DNA from: Candidatus Oxydemutatoraceae bacterium
Lineage (GTDB): Bacteria > Pseudomonadota > Gammaproteobacteria > Poriferisulfidales > Oxydemutatoraceae
Length of the DNA stretch: 64,000 nucleotides
Direction of reading: 5' to 3'
Assembly (NCBI GenBank): GCA_965219575.1
Contig: OZ244779.1
Span: forward strand, 812,769 to 876,768
The position numbers and the translations under genes are program-made. A model generated the notes under the pieces. The model had not been told where the DNA came from, ran no database searches, and worked only from the letters and a program-made list of their open reading frames with translations. Each line of letters opens with the position of its first letter. Position 1 is the first letter of the stretch. Positions 33,801 to 44,000 of the stretch are shown here, in pieces.

Positions 33801-33966
33801 TCGCATCCACATCTTCTAAATAGCACAGTTCTATCAAACCGTCGTCATCTTGATCGATGTCACTTAACTTACATTGTGTTGGTTGCTCGGTCTGTGCCGC
33901 TGCAGGCGAGCATAGCGCGGTTGCGAGCAAAAAGAACGCTATTAGAGAAGAGGGGTTAAATTTCAT
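27892..33966 (-). CDS. Large secreted GLUG-repeat/cadherin-like adhesin-type protein (three DxDxDG-GLUG modules)
   Basis: Signal peptide MKFNPSS...AAA-Q (ATG at 33966; ORF track starts at 34008). Three D.D.DGLIE..YLED.DAIR...FEGN...ISNL...VGGLVG modules. Ends LNIRVFLEGLMQ. Confidence 0.8.
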   Translation of the reverse strand: MKFNPSSLIAFFLLATALCSPAAAQTEQPTQCKLSDIDQDDDGLIELCYLEDVDAIRNNLSGTGTSAEGCPENVCIGYELTRNLDFKKESDYRNNVENKMQWTDGGWQPIGSINVSVSGKEVRNGFSGVFEGNGYTISNLFINMENIENKDATGWGLRGVGLFGFTSQTAVIRNVGLLNLRIEKNDSPQARPDARRDDIYYLKGVGGLVGINGGKVINSYVSGSVNGGTFDGTLEANNRQGRDKVGGLVGTNLNKIVNSYAAADVTGKFTVGGLVGENCFSFHIGCPANSAGEIINSYARGIVSSLADGGGLVGANRHRITNSYADPVITHITHTLNDGLEDDDFGGLAAINGYSREGILSTHNLPAPTITASYWENNDSSLSDIGRAGSERSTLSYTAGQSASDLKFPDDATGIYSGWRVADWNFGTPNQYPVLKYTADEDSSTCSKQPRRMDIDPPECGSLLPNQGTGLRDIDIPGVAWIPYFSSDETDYTVLVDDSVQSISLLLNAYNSTANITIGDIGTAIGSTETTIPLSGNTAITVTVSDSNSIYNLRFEKRSIAIREEIELRAGNNIDINADGTVDENSEIMLLVVAGGNYDFRWKQLPTFDYPQLYGSNPSISVFIPLDFVDGESASTRSLTFTLTVSDDSDSITLSKTLIVRNVPNETIGPLRVDIDADNDGLIEIYYLEDLDAIRYRPDGKGYRANAIAKTITDGCPNTGCVGYELARDLDFDSNASYFSISNKKRWTVDDYEDSGDEGWLPIGVVNRAFHATFEGNGYTISNLQINRTNPDTSDNVGLFGRAGQQTRDGTSRHARIVNLGLPDINIRGKLNVGGLAAGSYAGLIANSYATGTIVGDANLGGLVGDAELTTIANSHAIVDVIGKEERIGGLIGRGDFINIANSYASGNVRGATRVGGLVGTFVGRRGSSFGISNSYASGCVMGDNFIGGIAGTTSAGGSITNSYTTGCVIGSESRLNYFVGGLVGRNIPGDDRIVTGLNRSYWARKPDSLFNDIGLSRYVFYTAGLTAESLKSPTDASGIYGQWSTTDWDFGNSTIYPALRHADPINTADTCDTDPRTSLPQCGTLLANQRDSGLSALFLLENGEISNKDLRFRDRSFSSLIYDYIIPNLDSDKFQILPFAVNGDNATITITEQGEDINYFGNRSSGDASEEIALKNTVRILTIEVIDADISTLYTLIVPGPNLSISETFGIEPANEDGTVDEGSTITLTPVVTGGTEPYSYAWTRSPDEPISVSELTAPTLSFKIPEDFVGTDDNRDVTFTLRVDDGDGSSTSRSTVLRINRIDNGPPDVETEISTTTITVRVKTDADGDGDRDFTYQWQERKLGIDWTDISDVSTNTFAIPQNTPGSTRYRVLITHTDAQNHTVTTRIGPFRIKADDDGDNLIEIYYLEDLDAIRYQLDGSAYNTGNNSAGKVTFGCMENRCRGYELSRDLNFGEPEHYNDSTNMNTWRTNPGWQPIGGLDGGFSTTFEGNDLTISNLFINSPTSLFVALFNHLTKDGKIRNLGLLDANIQGLAAIGGLVASNAGLILNSHASGSIIGFRIPDRISEDSRIGGLVGINLSDGRIIDSHANVAIVGSGDLERRLRLTVEPYLGGLGGLVGVNQGTINGGYASGDIVGENITDVGGLVGGNRNYIANSFATGNVSGILNVGGLVGSNDNPDSGAPTPRISNSFATGNVQGGGDNSQNLGGLIGRHTGLRSAIANTYSSGSVSGHTNLGGLIGTMENVILRNSYTTSPVIGTSTTSVVGGLIGNYNGGSATINASYRQNDGGGLLDVGRGNISFGYEPKQSATDLKTPTTNTGIYSEWSIEDWDFGTSNEYPILGYGKGIAPIGDPQCDTDPNTELPDCGSILGGQQPTLVALRLEESNSSGDFIMYKERELDTDFDPEILEYEAEFDVATIRIRLTPIANNSSNTISYKIGTQNFQELPNNASFVHTLMSDEHDVTIVIKVSSHARYILRGTREYTIVLSESSPESSPESSPESGRESTTGSLNIRVFLEGLMQ
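27955..27997. repeat. 12-bp tandem repeat encoding an (ESSP)n linker
   Basis: GGATTCAGGGCT repeated about 3.6 times. Confidence 0.9.
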
Positions 33967-34162
33967 ATTGATGAAAGTTGCCGGAATAATTAAACTAATT
34001 CTATACAAGATTATAACTTTTAGTGTACCTTAAAAATTAATTAATATATGCGAATTTTTGCTTACTATTTACCGTTGTATATCCAAAAATCTTGGGCATA
34101 GCAGAGGGCTTAAAATGGGTATTTAGCTCTTTCCGTGTAGGTTTTTTGTTCTGACACCTCAA

Positions 34163-34363
34163 GCTGTTGAAAAATTATCCACGAACCGTAGGGGCGGACA
34201 TCAAAATTGCCGATTGAACTACTGGCTCAATCGGCGGCTCTATTCTGCCCGTGACGCGTTGGTCGGCACGATTTATACATTCATCCACCCGATTTATGGA
34301 AACCAAAACCATACGGCGCAAAGCGATTGGATTCGTACAAAACGGTACTTTTTCAACAGCCCC
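34163..34363. mobile_element. About 200-bp MITE with GCTGTTGAAAAA inverted ends and one expanded REP
   Basis: GCTGTTGAAAAA at 34163-34174 and TTTTTCAACAGC at 34349-34360. Confidence 0.85.
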
Positions 34364-34476
34364 ATATGTAAACCATATAGCCTGCCGTGTTAAAATCCAT
34401 ACAGAACATCCTCGGTCATGGTGGATGTTCTGTTTTGCAACAGATAAAGATTTTAATTTATTCATTATAAAAACCA

Positions 34477-35979
34477 ATGTCACGGTCTAATAGCGGTTCG
34501 GAGATTGATAGAGTCATACATCGCATGGGTTTGGCGTGCGATTGGCATAAGGATATAGATGCCGAGCTGAAGCAATGCGTCGAGCAGGCTAACGATGTCG
34601 GCAGCGAAGCCGATAGGACCGATCTGAGGAAATTGCCTTTTGTAACCATAGACGGTTCGGATGCCAGGGATTTTGACGATGCGATTTGTTGCGAGGAGAG
34701 CGACGAAGGCATCATCTTATGGGTTGCGATTGCCGATGTTGCGAGTTATATACAAGTCGGTTCCATGCTCGATCGAGAAGCATTCAAACGAGGTAATTCA
34801 ACCTATCTGCCCGACCGTGTATTACCGATGTTGCCGCAGCTGCTGTCGAATGATTTGTGTTCTTTGTTGCCCAAACAGGATCGTCCGGTGATGGCTTGCC
34901 GTATGGTCTTCGACAAGCAAATGCTAATGTCCGATTATCGTTTCAGCAAGGCGATGATTCACTCGCACTGCCGACTGACCTATCAAGAGGTACAAACTTT
35001 TTTTGAAAATGGCTCGCCTATGACTTGTTGTCTCGGCGAGGTGCCGGCAATGCTACGAGTAGCCGAAAAACTCTATAAGGCACTCAGAAAGTTGCGTGAA
35101 GCACGGGGCGCATTGGATTTGGATATTCCGAGAAGGCATTTATGTTTTGACCAAAATCAACGGATCAAATCGGTAATATCGTTGGCAAGAAGCGATGCGC
35201 ACCGTATGATAGAGGAATTTATGATTTGTGCGAACATTGCCGCTGCGCGTCATTTATCGTCGCACGACATGTGTTTTTTGAGCCGCGTGCATGAGGGTAT
35301 CAAGCGCGAGGCCTTGCCTGCATTGGATGATTTCCTGCGTGCTTCGGGCCTCTATTTGAAAGGCACGAAGGTGCCCGACCTTGCGCATTTGATAGAACAA
35401 ACTTCCGAACACAAAAACAAGCAGGTTATACATACGATGATTTTATCATCGCTGCAACGCGCACTCTACGCGTATTCAAAGCAAGGGCATTTCGGGTTGG
35501 CTCTGGAACATTACACGCATTTCACTTCACCGATACGCCGTTATCCGGATTTGTCGGTACACCGTGCGATACACGCAACCTTAGGCTCGGCGAGCGGTCA
35601 TTGCTATGCTAAGGATGAACTTAAATCTCAAGGACAGTATTGCTCGATGACCGAACGACGCTCGGATGAGGTGGTATGGGATATAGAGCAGTATTTTCTA
35701 TGCGAACTGGCACAAACTAAAGTAGGTCGGGTCTATCGCGGTATTGTTACGACGGTTGTAGCTTTCGGCTTGTTTATTGAATTAACCGATTTGCATACCA
35801 GCGGCCTGCTACATATAAAACATCTGGGAAATGATTATTATCAATTCAACGAGGAGCGTCGATATCTAAAAGGTATGCGCAACGGCGACACCTATAAAAT
35901 AGGGGATGTGCTCGATGTTTCAATCAAATCCGCTCGTCCCGACGAGCGCAAAATTGATTTGGTGCCGGCGCATTCCTAA
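34477..35979 (+). CDS. rnr: RNase R/II family exoribonuclease (RNB and S1 domains only)
   Basis: TIDGSDARDFDDA, IEEFMI.AN, HFTSPIRRYPDL and a C-terminal S1 domain. N-terminal domains are absent. Confidence 0.85.
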   Translation: MSRSNSGSEIDRVIHRMGLACDWHKDIDAELKQCVEQANDVGSEADRTDLRKLPFVTIDGSDARDFDDAICCEESDEGIILWVAIADVASYIQVGSMLDREAFKRGNSTYLPDRVLPMLPQLLSNDLCSLLPKQDRPVMACRMVFDKQMLMSDYRFSKAMIHSHCRLTYQEVQTFFENGSPMTCCLGEVPAMLRVAEKLYKALRKLREARGALDLDIPRRHLCFDQNQRIKSVISLARSDAHRMIEEFMICANIAAARHLSSHDMCFLSRVHEGIKREALPALDDFLRASGLYLKGTKVPDLAHLIEQTSEHKNKQVIHTMILSSLQRALYAYSKQGHFGLALEHYTHFTSPIRRYPDLSVHRAIHATLGSASGHCYAKDELKSQGQYCSMTERRSDEVVWDIEQYFLCELAQTKVGRVYRGIVTTVVAFGLFIELTDLHTSGLLHIKHLGNDYYQFNEERRYLKGMRNGDTYKIGDVLDVSIKSARPDERKIDLVPAHS

Positions 35980-36008
35980 ACCCGCAGTCTAAAGGCGAGT
36001 GTATAAAA

Positions 36009-36485
36009 ATGTCCGCATGCGATGAAACCGATATTGCTTTTATGGAGCTTGCTTTAGAACAAGCCGCTATCGCACAAAGCAAAGGCGAGATTCCCGTCGG
36101 TGCGGTGCTGACCTTAAACGACGAAGTCATAGCGAGATGTCACAACAGTCCGATTGCGATGAACGACCCGTCGGCGCATGCAGAAATGCTCGCATTGCGT
36201 GCGGCAGCGCAACACCTATCGAATTATCGCCTGCCCGATACGACACTCTATGTAACGCTGGAACCCTGTGCGATGTGTTTTACGGCAATGGTTCATGCTC
36301 GCATAGAACGCTTGGTGTTCGGTGCGAGCGACCCCAAACAGGGTTCGGTAGGCGGCTCCTTCGATCTTAGAAAAACCTTTACTTTCAATCATCGCTTCGA
36401 AGTCACGAGCGGTGTACTAAAAGTGCGTTGCGGGGTATTATTAATCGACTTCTTTAAGCGAAAACGTGGCTCGCGTATTACATAG
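36009..36485 (+). CDS. tadA: tRNA adenosine(34) deaminase
   Basis: EIPVGAV, AHAE, TLEPCAMC, FGASDPK. Convergent with mltF. Confidence 0.95.
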   Translation: MSACDETDIAFMELALEQAAIAQSKGEIPVGAVLTLNDEVIARCHNSPIAMNDPSAHAEMLALRAAAQHLSNYRLPDTTLYVTLEPCAMCFTAMVHARIERLVFGASDPKQGSVGGSFDLRKTFTFNHRFEVTSGVLKVRCGVLLIDFFKRKRGSRIT

Positions 36486-37971
36486 GCGTTATGATTTCGG
36501 GTTGATCGGCCGGGGGTATGTCGGTGGAAATCGCATCTTCCAGCAAGCTCAATAAAAATTGGTAATTACGAATGTTGTTGATATATGCAACGACATTGTC
36601 GTTCGGTTTGCCGTGCCTTGAATTTTGGTACCACTCCGGTTTTTGCAACAGTTTTAACGAATGGCTTACTTCTATCCACGAGTTTATAGTGGCTCCTCTT
36701 TTACGCGTCAATCTAAAAGCATCCTCTAAGTGTCCGTAGCCTGCCAGGTACGCAGCCAGTGCCATCCATACCCGATCCGGTTCGGGGATTTCGGAATGTA
36801 TTTTGTTTATCAGTTCGTTTAGGTGTTTGCTTCCTCCCATGATGCTTTGATAAGCATCCGAACGATCGTGCACTTCGTAGAGTTGTGCGATTTCTTGAGT
36901 TAACATCATAATGCCTTTTACTCCGGTAGGCGATACCGCCAATGGATCCCAATGCGATTCCTGATATGCGACAGCTGCAAGAAGTTTCCAGTCTAAGTGA
37001 TACCTATCGGCGGCCATTCGGAAATATCTTTCATGTTTTGAGAGTTTTCGGTAAGCCGATTCTATGAATGTCAATTTATCGGCATAGGGGAGTAATTTTA
37101 AGTGTCCCGGGTGCGCCCTCGTAATACGATCGAGTTCTCCGCTCTCTTGCATCTCGGCAAACAAGTCGTTAGCGAGATGGACTAGATGCGTCGAGCTTGC
37201 TTGCGTAGGTTCGCGATTGAATAGCCAAACAATAGGGACTTCTTCGGACACCTCAAAAGCAATTTTGACATAGGGATATAAAAATTGGGTTGCCGAGAGT
37301 TCGTGGGCATCGGCCAGGGTGTAGCGTATCAAACCCAGATTAACCATTTCTATTAATTTATAAGAGGGCGTGTCGGAATGTAAGTACCAAGGGATGTCGT
37401 CGGCATCGTTCAGTTTGATATTTAAGTTCGGATAGGTAGACTCTTTGTCGTGTTCACGGGCGAGTTTTCTCAATAATGCCATATGATTATGGTTTGCGCC
37501 GATATCTATATCCGACAGCGATATTTCGCCGAAACGGGGAGGCTTGGTGTCGGGATAGCGATAAATCATATATTGCTTGCTTCGGTAATAGGGTTTTGAT
37601 ACTCCAAAGTGTTCGGCGTACAGTTGTGTTGCGCCTAAGGCACCGGTAGCCATATCTACTTTCTGTTCTTTTAGCAAGTCGATCGCCTCTGCGGCGGTTG
37701 CAACGGGGATAATCTCAATTTTTGTTTGTATGCGGTTTGCAAAAGACTGCAGAAGTTCGTAATCAAAACCGGTTGCTTGGCCGTCTTGCCGATAATAACT
37801 CGCAGGATTTACTCTGATAGCAGCTTTGATGGTGGCAGAGTTTTCTAAGGCACTCGGATGCCAAGGCGGCATATCGGTGTTAGGGGCATCCTCGCAAGCT
37901 ACCAATGCGAATAAAATAGCGGTATATGTTAAAATCCGGATTGAGGGCATAGCTATTACTATAAACGACAA
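36478..37971 (-). CDS. mltF: Membrane-bound lytic murein transglycosylase F
   Basis: SBP-like N domain (GFDYELL), AVAYQESHW...SPTGVKGIMMLT and a lipobox-like LVAC. Confidence 0.88.
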   Translation of the reverse strand: MSFIVIAMPSIRILTYTAILFALVACEDAPNTDMPPWHPSALENSATIKAAIRVNPASYYRQDGQATGFDYELLQSFANRIQTKIEIIPVATAAEAIDLLKEQKVDMATGALGATQLYAEHFGVSKPYYRSKQYMIYRYPDTKPPRFGEISLSDIDIGANHNHMALLRKLAREHDKESTYPNLNIKLNDADDIPWYLHSDTPSYKLIEMVNLGLIRYTLADAHELSATQFLYPYVKIAFEVSEEVPIVWLFNREPTQASSTHLVHLANDLFAEMQESGELDRITRAHPGHLKLLPYADKLTFIESAYRKLSKHERYFRMAADRYHLDWKLLAAVAYQESHWDPLAVSPTGVKGIMMLTQEIAQLYEVHDRSDAYQSIMGGSKHLNELINKIHSEIPEPDRVWMALAAYLAGYGHLEDAFRLTRKRGATINSWIEVSHSLKLLQKPEWYQNSRHGKPNDNVVAYINNIRNYQFLLSLLEDAISTDIPPADQPEIITPM

Positions 37972-38080
37972 AGTTTAAGTATTATTATATTATGTAGATA
38001 GGAGGAGAATAATCACCATACCGATTTTTATTTATAATAGCTTGATATTCCTCAATATATTCCATCAATAAATCGTATAA

Positions 38081-41000
38081 ATGCAGATAAATTTTAGAAA
38101 ATATGGCTTTCTACTCTGTTTGGGGTTGCTCGCCGTGCAACCGGTTTTTGCACAAGCCCCTTCTTTCGAGATGGCATGTACTACCGAAGACATAGACGAC
38201 GATGACGACGGTTTGATAGAGCTGTGTTATTTAGAAGATGTGGATGCGATACGGAATAATCTTAGCGGCACTAATCTACAACGGTCCGGCGAAACAACAC
38301 TTGACATGGGTTGTCCCGATACCGGATGCAACGGTTATGAATTGGTCAGGGATTTAGACTTTACGACGACGCAAAGTTATGTAGACGGTGTAGTCAACGC
38401 CGATTGGGTGATCAGCGACGAAGATTTTAACAATAATACGAAACTAGGCTGGTCGCCCCTAGGAACCTTTGCTTCTAGTGCCGTTTTTGAAGGTAACGGA
38501 TATCGCATCTCCAATTTGCATATCGATAGAGAAGGCAGTAACGAGGTAGGCTTGTTCGTCGGCAATCGCGGCACCATTCGTAATTTCGGGCTGTCGGAAA
38601 TACGAGTAGAGGGTCGTAATGAGGTTGGTGGTCTAATGGGTAGCAATGCAGGTAGGCTTATGAATGTTTATGTCAACGAGGATAGTTCAGTTACAGCACT
38701 TAACACAGCAGGTCTTTTAGCCGGTAGAAACGAAAGTAGCGGGTTAATCATCAACAGTCATGTGCGTGGTACTGTCTCAGTTCGCCTATCTGAAGTTGGT
38801 GGCATCTGTGCCTACAGTGAAGGCAGAATCATCAATAGCTATGCCGATGCCGATGTTTCAGGGAGAGACTTCTTTGTAGGTGGTCTAGTGGGGGAAATTG
38901 AGGAGGCGGGGTCTGTTATTAACAGTTATGCAGCAGGGACTGTTTCTAATTTCGCTAATCAAAGTAATACAGGTGGTCTTATTGGTGATATTGATGATGC
39001 ACGCGCAAGAGTCAGCAACAGTTATTCCATCACCGAGGTCGGAAGTGTTGCCGGAGGTGGTTTAAGTGGTCAAAACTCCGGATTAGTGCGTAATAGCTAC
39101 TGGGACACCGAGGCGAGCGGAAGAAGCACTTCTAGAGGCGGCAGCGGTCGGACTACTGAGCAGTTGCAGATGCCGACCAATCAAAATGCTGCAATGGGCA
39201 TCTATGCCAGCTGGAGTAGCGACGATTGGGATTTCGGCACCTCTCGGACCTATGCTGCATTGCGCTATGCCGAAGGCGACGACAGCGATAACCCGGCATG
39301 CGATGTAGACCCCGACACGCCACTACCGCCTTGCGGTGCGGTGTTATCCGGTCAAACTATTCGCGATCGGGGTTTGAGTATTTTGTTTTTTGTAATAGAC
39401 GGTGTACAACAAGATAACACCAGAGTATTACGAGATCAACCTTTTTCACCCGCACAGTTCACCTACGATATAAAAATGCCGTCTACGATGATGTTTCAAT
39501 TAAGACCCTACGCTATCAACAGTACCGAGACGATTTCAATTACCAAACAAGGCGATACCGAGAACACCGACTACTTTGACGACAAGAACAGCGGCGAGTT
39601 AAGCGATGACATCATGTTGCAAGCGGCTACGACCGAGACTCTGACGATTACGGCAGGGGATGTCACTTATACATTGAACATAGAGGTGGGTCCGGCGAAT
39701 AGGTTGAGGATTGTGCGCTTTGATAGTATGCCCGGAGCGGGTAATCTCATTGATGAAGGGCAACCGGTCTCGTTGACGATTGGGATTGCCGGTGGTAGCG
39801 GGAACTATGCGTATTTCTTACAACAGGGCGACACGGTGCTTGAGCAGAGGCAAAGCATGAATATGACCGAAACTTTTAATGTCGTTATACCGCCCGACTT
39901 TGTGGCAGCCGACCAAACGACGCAAACTATTGTCTATACGATAACGGTTGTCGGTGAGTTTGAGACAGTACGCGCCGACCTTGCACTCATTGCCGAGAGA
40001 GTCAATAACAGCACCCCGCAACTGAGATTGAATAGAGGCACCGGCTCGTTGGTCGTAGCCCATATTACGGATGACCCGGACGGTGTCGGCACATTTACCT
40101 ATCGGTGGCAACGGCAAATCACCAGCGGTGCTAATTGGACCGATATTCCCGATGCCAACACCGACCGCTATGCATTATCAAGCAATACGACCAGCACCAT
40201 CCGTTATCGTGTGATGGTGGACCATACCGACGGGCAAGGGAATATGTCAAGCTATACGCTAGGTCCGTCGGTTATAGATGTGGATCGCGACGACGACGGT
40301 TTGATAGAAATATATTATTTGGATAATCTGGATGCCATTCGCCACCAGCGCGACGGCAGCGGTTATAGGTCAAGCAGTGGTGCAACCAGAATCACCACCG
40401 GTTGCCCCGACACCGGATGCAACGGTTATGAGTTGGTCGGGGATTTAGACTTTACGACGACGCAAAGTTATATATCGGGTATAGTCAACGACGATTGGGT
40501 GCTTAGCGACGACGATTTTACCGATACTATGAAACCAGGCTGGTCACCCCTAGGAACCTTTGCTTCCACTGCCGTTTTTGAAGGCAACGGATATCGCATT
40601 TCCAATTTGCATATCAATAGAGATAACACTAACAATATTGGCTTGTTTTCAAATAACAACGGTACCATTCGTAATTTCGGGTTGTCGGAAATACGAGTAG
40701 AAGGTCTTTCTGCGGTCGGTGGCCTGGTCGGTAGTAATGAAAGTAGGCTCATGAATGTCTATGTAGATGGGGATAGTTCGGTTACAGTGAGAGGTGGCAG
40801 CATAGGTCTTCTAGCCGGTAGAAACGAAAGTGGCGGGTTAATCATCAACAGTCATGTGCGTGGTACTGCCTCGGGTGTTTCATTTGTTGGTGGTATCTGT
40901 GGCGAAAACAACGGCGCAATTATCAATAGTTATGCCGATGCCGAGGTTTCAGGAACAGGAGTTGGTACGGGTGGTCTAGTGGGGAATATTAACGACGGAT

Positions 41001-44000
41001 TTGTTATCAATAGTTATGCTACAGGCTCTGTTTCCGGTGGTTCATCGAGTTCGGCCGGTCTTATTGGTAGAGTCCTTGATGTACGAGGGATTAGAAATAG
41101 TTATTCAATCGCCACAGTCGCAGCAAGTAACAATGCAGAGGGTTTATTAGCTGGAAACATTATTGGAACAGTGCGTGATAGCTACTGGGACACCGAGACG
41201 AGCGGAAGAAGCACTTCTAGGGGTGGCAGCGGTCGGACTACCGCCCAGTTGCAGATGCCGACCGGTGCCACCGGTATTTATGCCAACTGGAGTAGCGACG
41301 ATTGGGATTTCGGCGATGCATCGAGTTATCCGGCATTGCGCTATGCCGGAGGCGACGACAACAACAACCCGGCATGCGATGTAGCTCCCGACACATCACT
41401 GCCGCCTTGCGGTGCGGTGTTATCCGGTCAGACTATCCGCGACCGGGGTTTGAGTATTCTGTTTTTTGAAGTAGGCGGTGTACAGCTCGATAATGCCAGA
41501 GTATTTCAAGATCAGCCTTTTTCACCGTTGGTGTTTGACTACGATATAACAACCCCCGGTCGCCGCACCGAGATTGCACTACGGCCCTACGCGATTAACG
41601 ACACTGCGACGATTTCGGTTTTGAGAGCATCGGATAACACATCTTATTTTGACGGCAGGCACAGCGGTGATTTAAGTGCCCCCATCGTTTTAGAAGCAGG
41701 CATAGCGGAGGTGTTGCAGCTTAGGACAGATGGATTGACATATAATTTTGATGTGATCAGAGGACCACAATCTCCGGTTGAGATTGTCTCCTTCGCCACG
41801 ACACCTTCTATTGCCACCGTCAACGAAGGCGACGCTATTAGGTTTCAAGCGGTGTTTCGCAACGGTAGCGGCGACTACCGATACTCGCTACAACAACAAG
41901 GCACGGTGATTGCGCAAGGGCAAGACACGACTGCGACTATCACCGTCACCGTACCCGACACCTTTGTGGCAGCCGAGCGGACGACGCAGAATATCGTCTA
42001 TACGATAACGGTTGACGATGGCTTTGACACAACATCTACAGCACTTACGCTGACCGTTAGCAGGGAGGACAACGGTGCGCCGCAACTAGGACTCAATGTC
42101 AGCCCGACCGAATTGCGTATCACTTCCGCTGTGGACGACCCGGACGGTGCCGGATCATTCGGCTTTCAATGGCAGAGGCGGGACGAGGACGATAGTGGTT
42201 GGAGCAATATTTCGGTTAATGATTCTGCTACGGTGCCAAGTACTTCTGTGAGTACGGTGCGCTATCGTGTCATCGTCAATCATACCGACGGGCAGGGATA
42301 CGATACTACCTATCGGATAGGTCCGTTTCCTATTGATGTGGACGGCGACGACGACGGCTTGATAGATGTTTATTATCTGGAGGACTTGGATGCGATCCGC
42401 TATCAACCGGACGGTAGCGGTTATGGTTTGGCAGCCGCAGAGAGCAAAATCACTTCGGGTTGTCCTACGAATACATGCGTCGGCTACGAGTTATTGAGAG
42501 ATCTGGATTTCACGACCACCCAAAGCTATGTGGATGTGATGTCCAATAGAGACGAGTGGACGGTGGATGATCCTGCGGTTGCTACCGATACCGGTTGGTT
42601 GCCGATAGCGACCGTCGATGCCCCGTTCACGAGTCTATTCAACGGCAACAATAACAACATTTCTAATTTGCAGATCAATAGAGATACGGTTGATGATGCA
42701 TCTATCGGATTGTTTGCGGCACTGTCGTCGTCGGCGAGATTGGAAAATGTCGGCATACTGGATGTTGCTATCGGCGGTCGCGGTTCCGTAGGTAGCTTGG
42801 TTGGGCAGAACGAAGGCGTTATTGCCAATAGCTATGCGCAAGGGAAAGTTGAAGGAGCACAACACTGCGTCGGTGGTTTGGTTGCGTTTAATGATGCGAC
42901 CGGCGTGATTATCAACAGCTATGCGAATGTGATGACGACCTCTACCGCCGTGCTATCGGCAGGTGGTTTGGTCGGCAACAACACCGGCACGATAAGAAAC
43001 AGCTATGCGGCAGGTGATGTCGGCGGTGTTTGCGATGTAGGTGGTTTGGTTGCCGAGAACGGCAGCGGAGGTGAAATCGTCAACAGCTATGCTGCGGGCG
43101 CGGTAAGCAGGTCGGGAAGCTGTAGCGATGCCGTCACCCGCACCCGTGCCGGCGGTTTAGTTGCCGATAACGCAGGCTTGATAAGGAATAGTTATGTTCG
43201 CGGGTCTATCTCGGCAGGTGGTGGCACGGCAGGTGGGTTGGTTGCTGTGGGGGCAAGCGGTACGATTGAGTCGAGCTATTGGGATAGTACGGTGAATAGT
43301 GATATTACTGCCGATGACGAGGACGGTATCGCAGCAAGCACCGTTGCGTTGCAAACACCACAGTCGGCGATGGGCATCTATGCCGACTGGAGTAGCGACG
43401 ATTGGGATTTCGGCACTGCAATGCAATATCCGCTGTTAAGATATACCTCGCCGACCGACATCGCTATCGCAGCGGTATGCGATGACGACCTCGATACCGC
43501 ACTACCGCCGTGTGGCAGTGCATTGCTGTCTCAAGCACAGAGCGGATTGAGCAACCTACTCTTTTTTGTCGGCAGTAATGCGGTGGCACCGGAGCCGCCT
43601 TTTTCTCTCTCGGTCTTGTCAGGCTATACGGTCACAGTAGAGAATACAAACACGATTGAATTATTGCCTTATGGCATCAATCCGCTAGGCGAGTCTATTG
43701 CAATCCGCAGAGTAGGAGATGAAACAGCCACCGACTATTTCGAGGGCAAGCGCAGTGGCGAGCGTAGCCTGCCGATCCCGCTTCCGGAGGGCGTATCTAC
43801 TCTAGAAATCGTCGTCGGGACCGACTCCGACGATATGAGTTCGGTCACTTATAGCACCACCGTCACTAACACTGTAAATCGGGTCGTAGTAGAAGAGATC
43901 ATTGCGCCCGACAGGGTGTCCGAAGGGGATGCCATTAATCTAAGTGCAACGGTCACAGGAGGCGCACGCACAGCTTATAGATATCAATGGACTTCAACCC

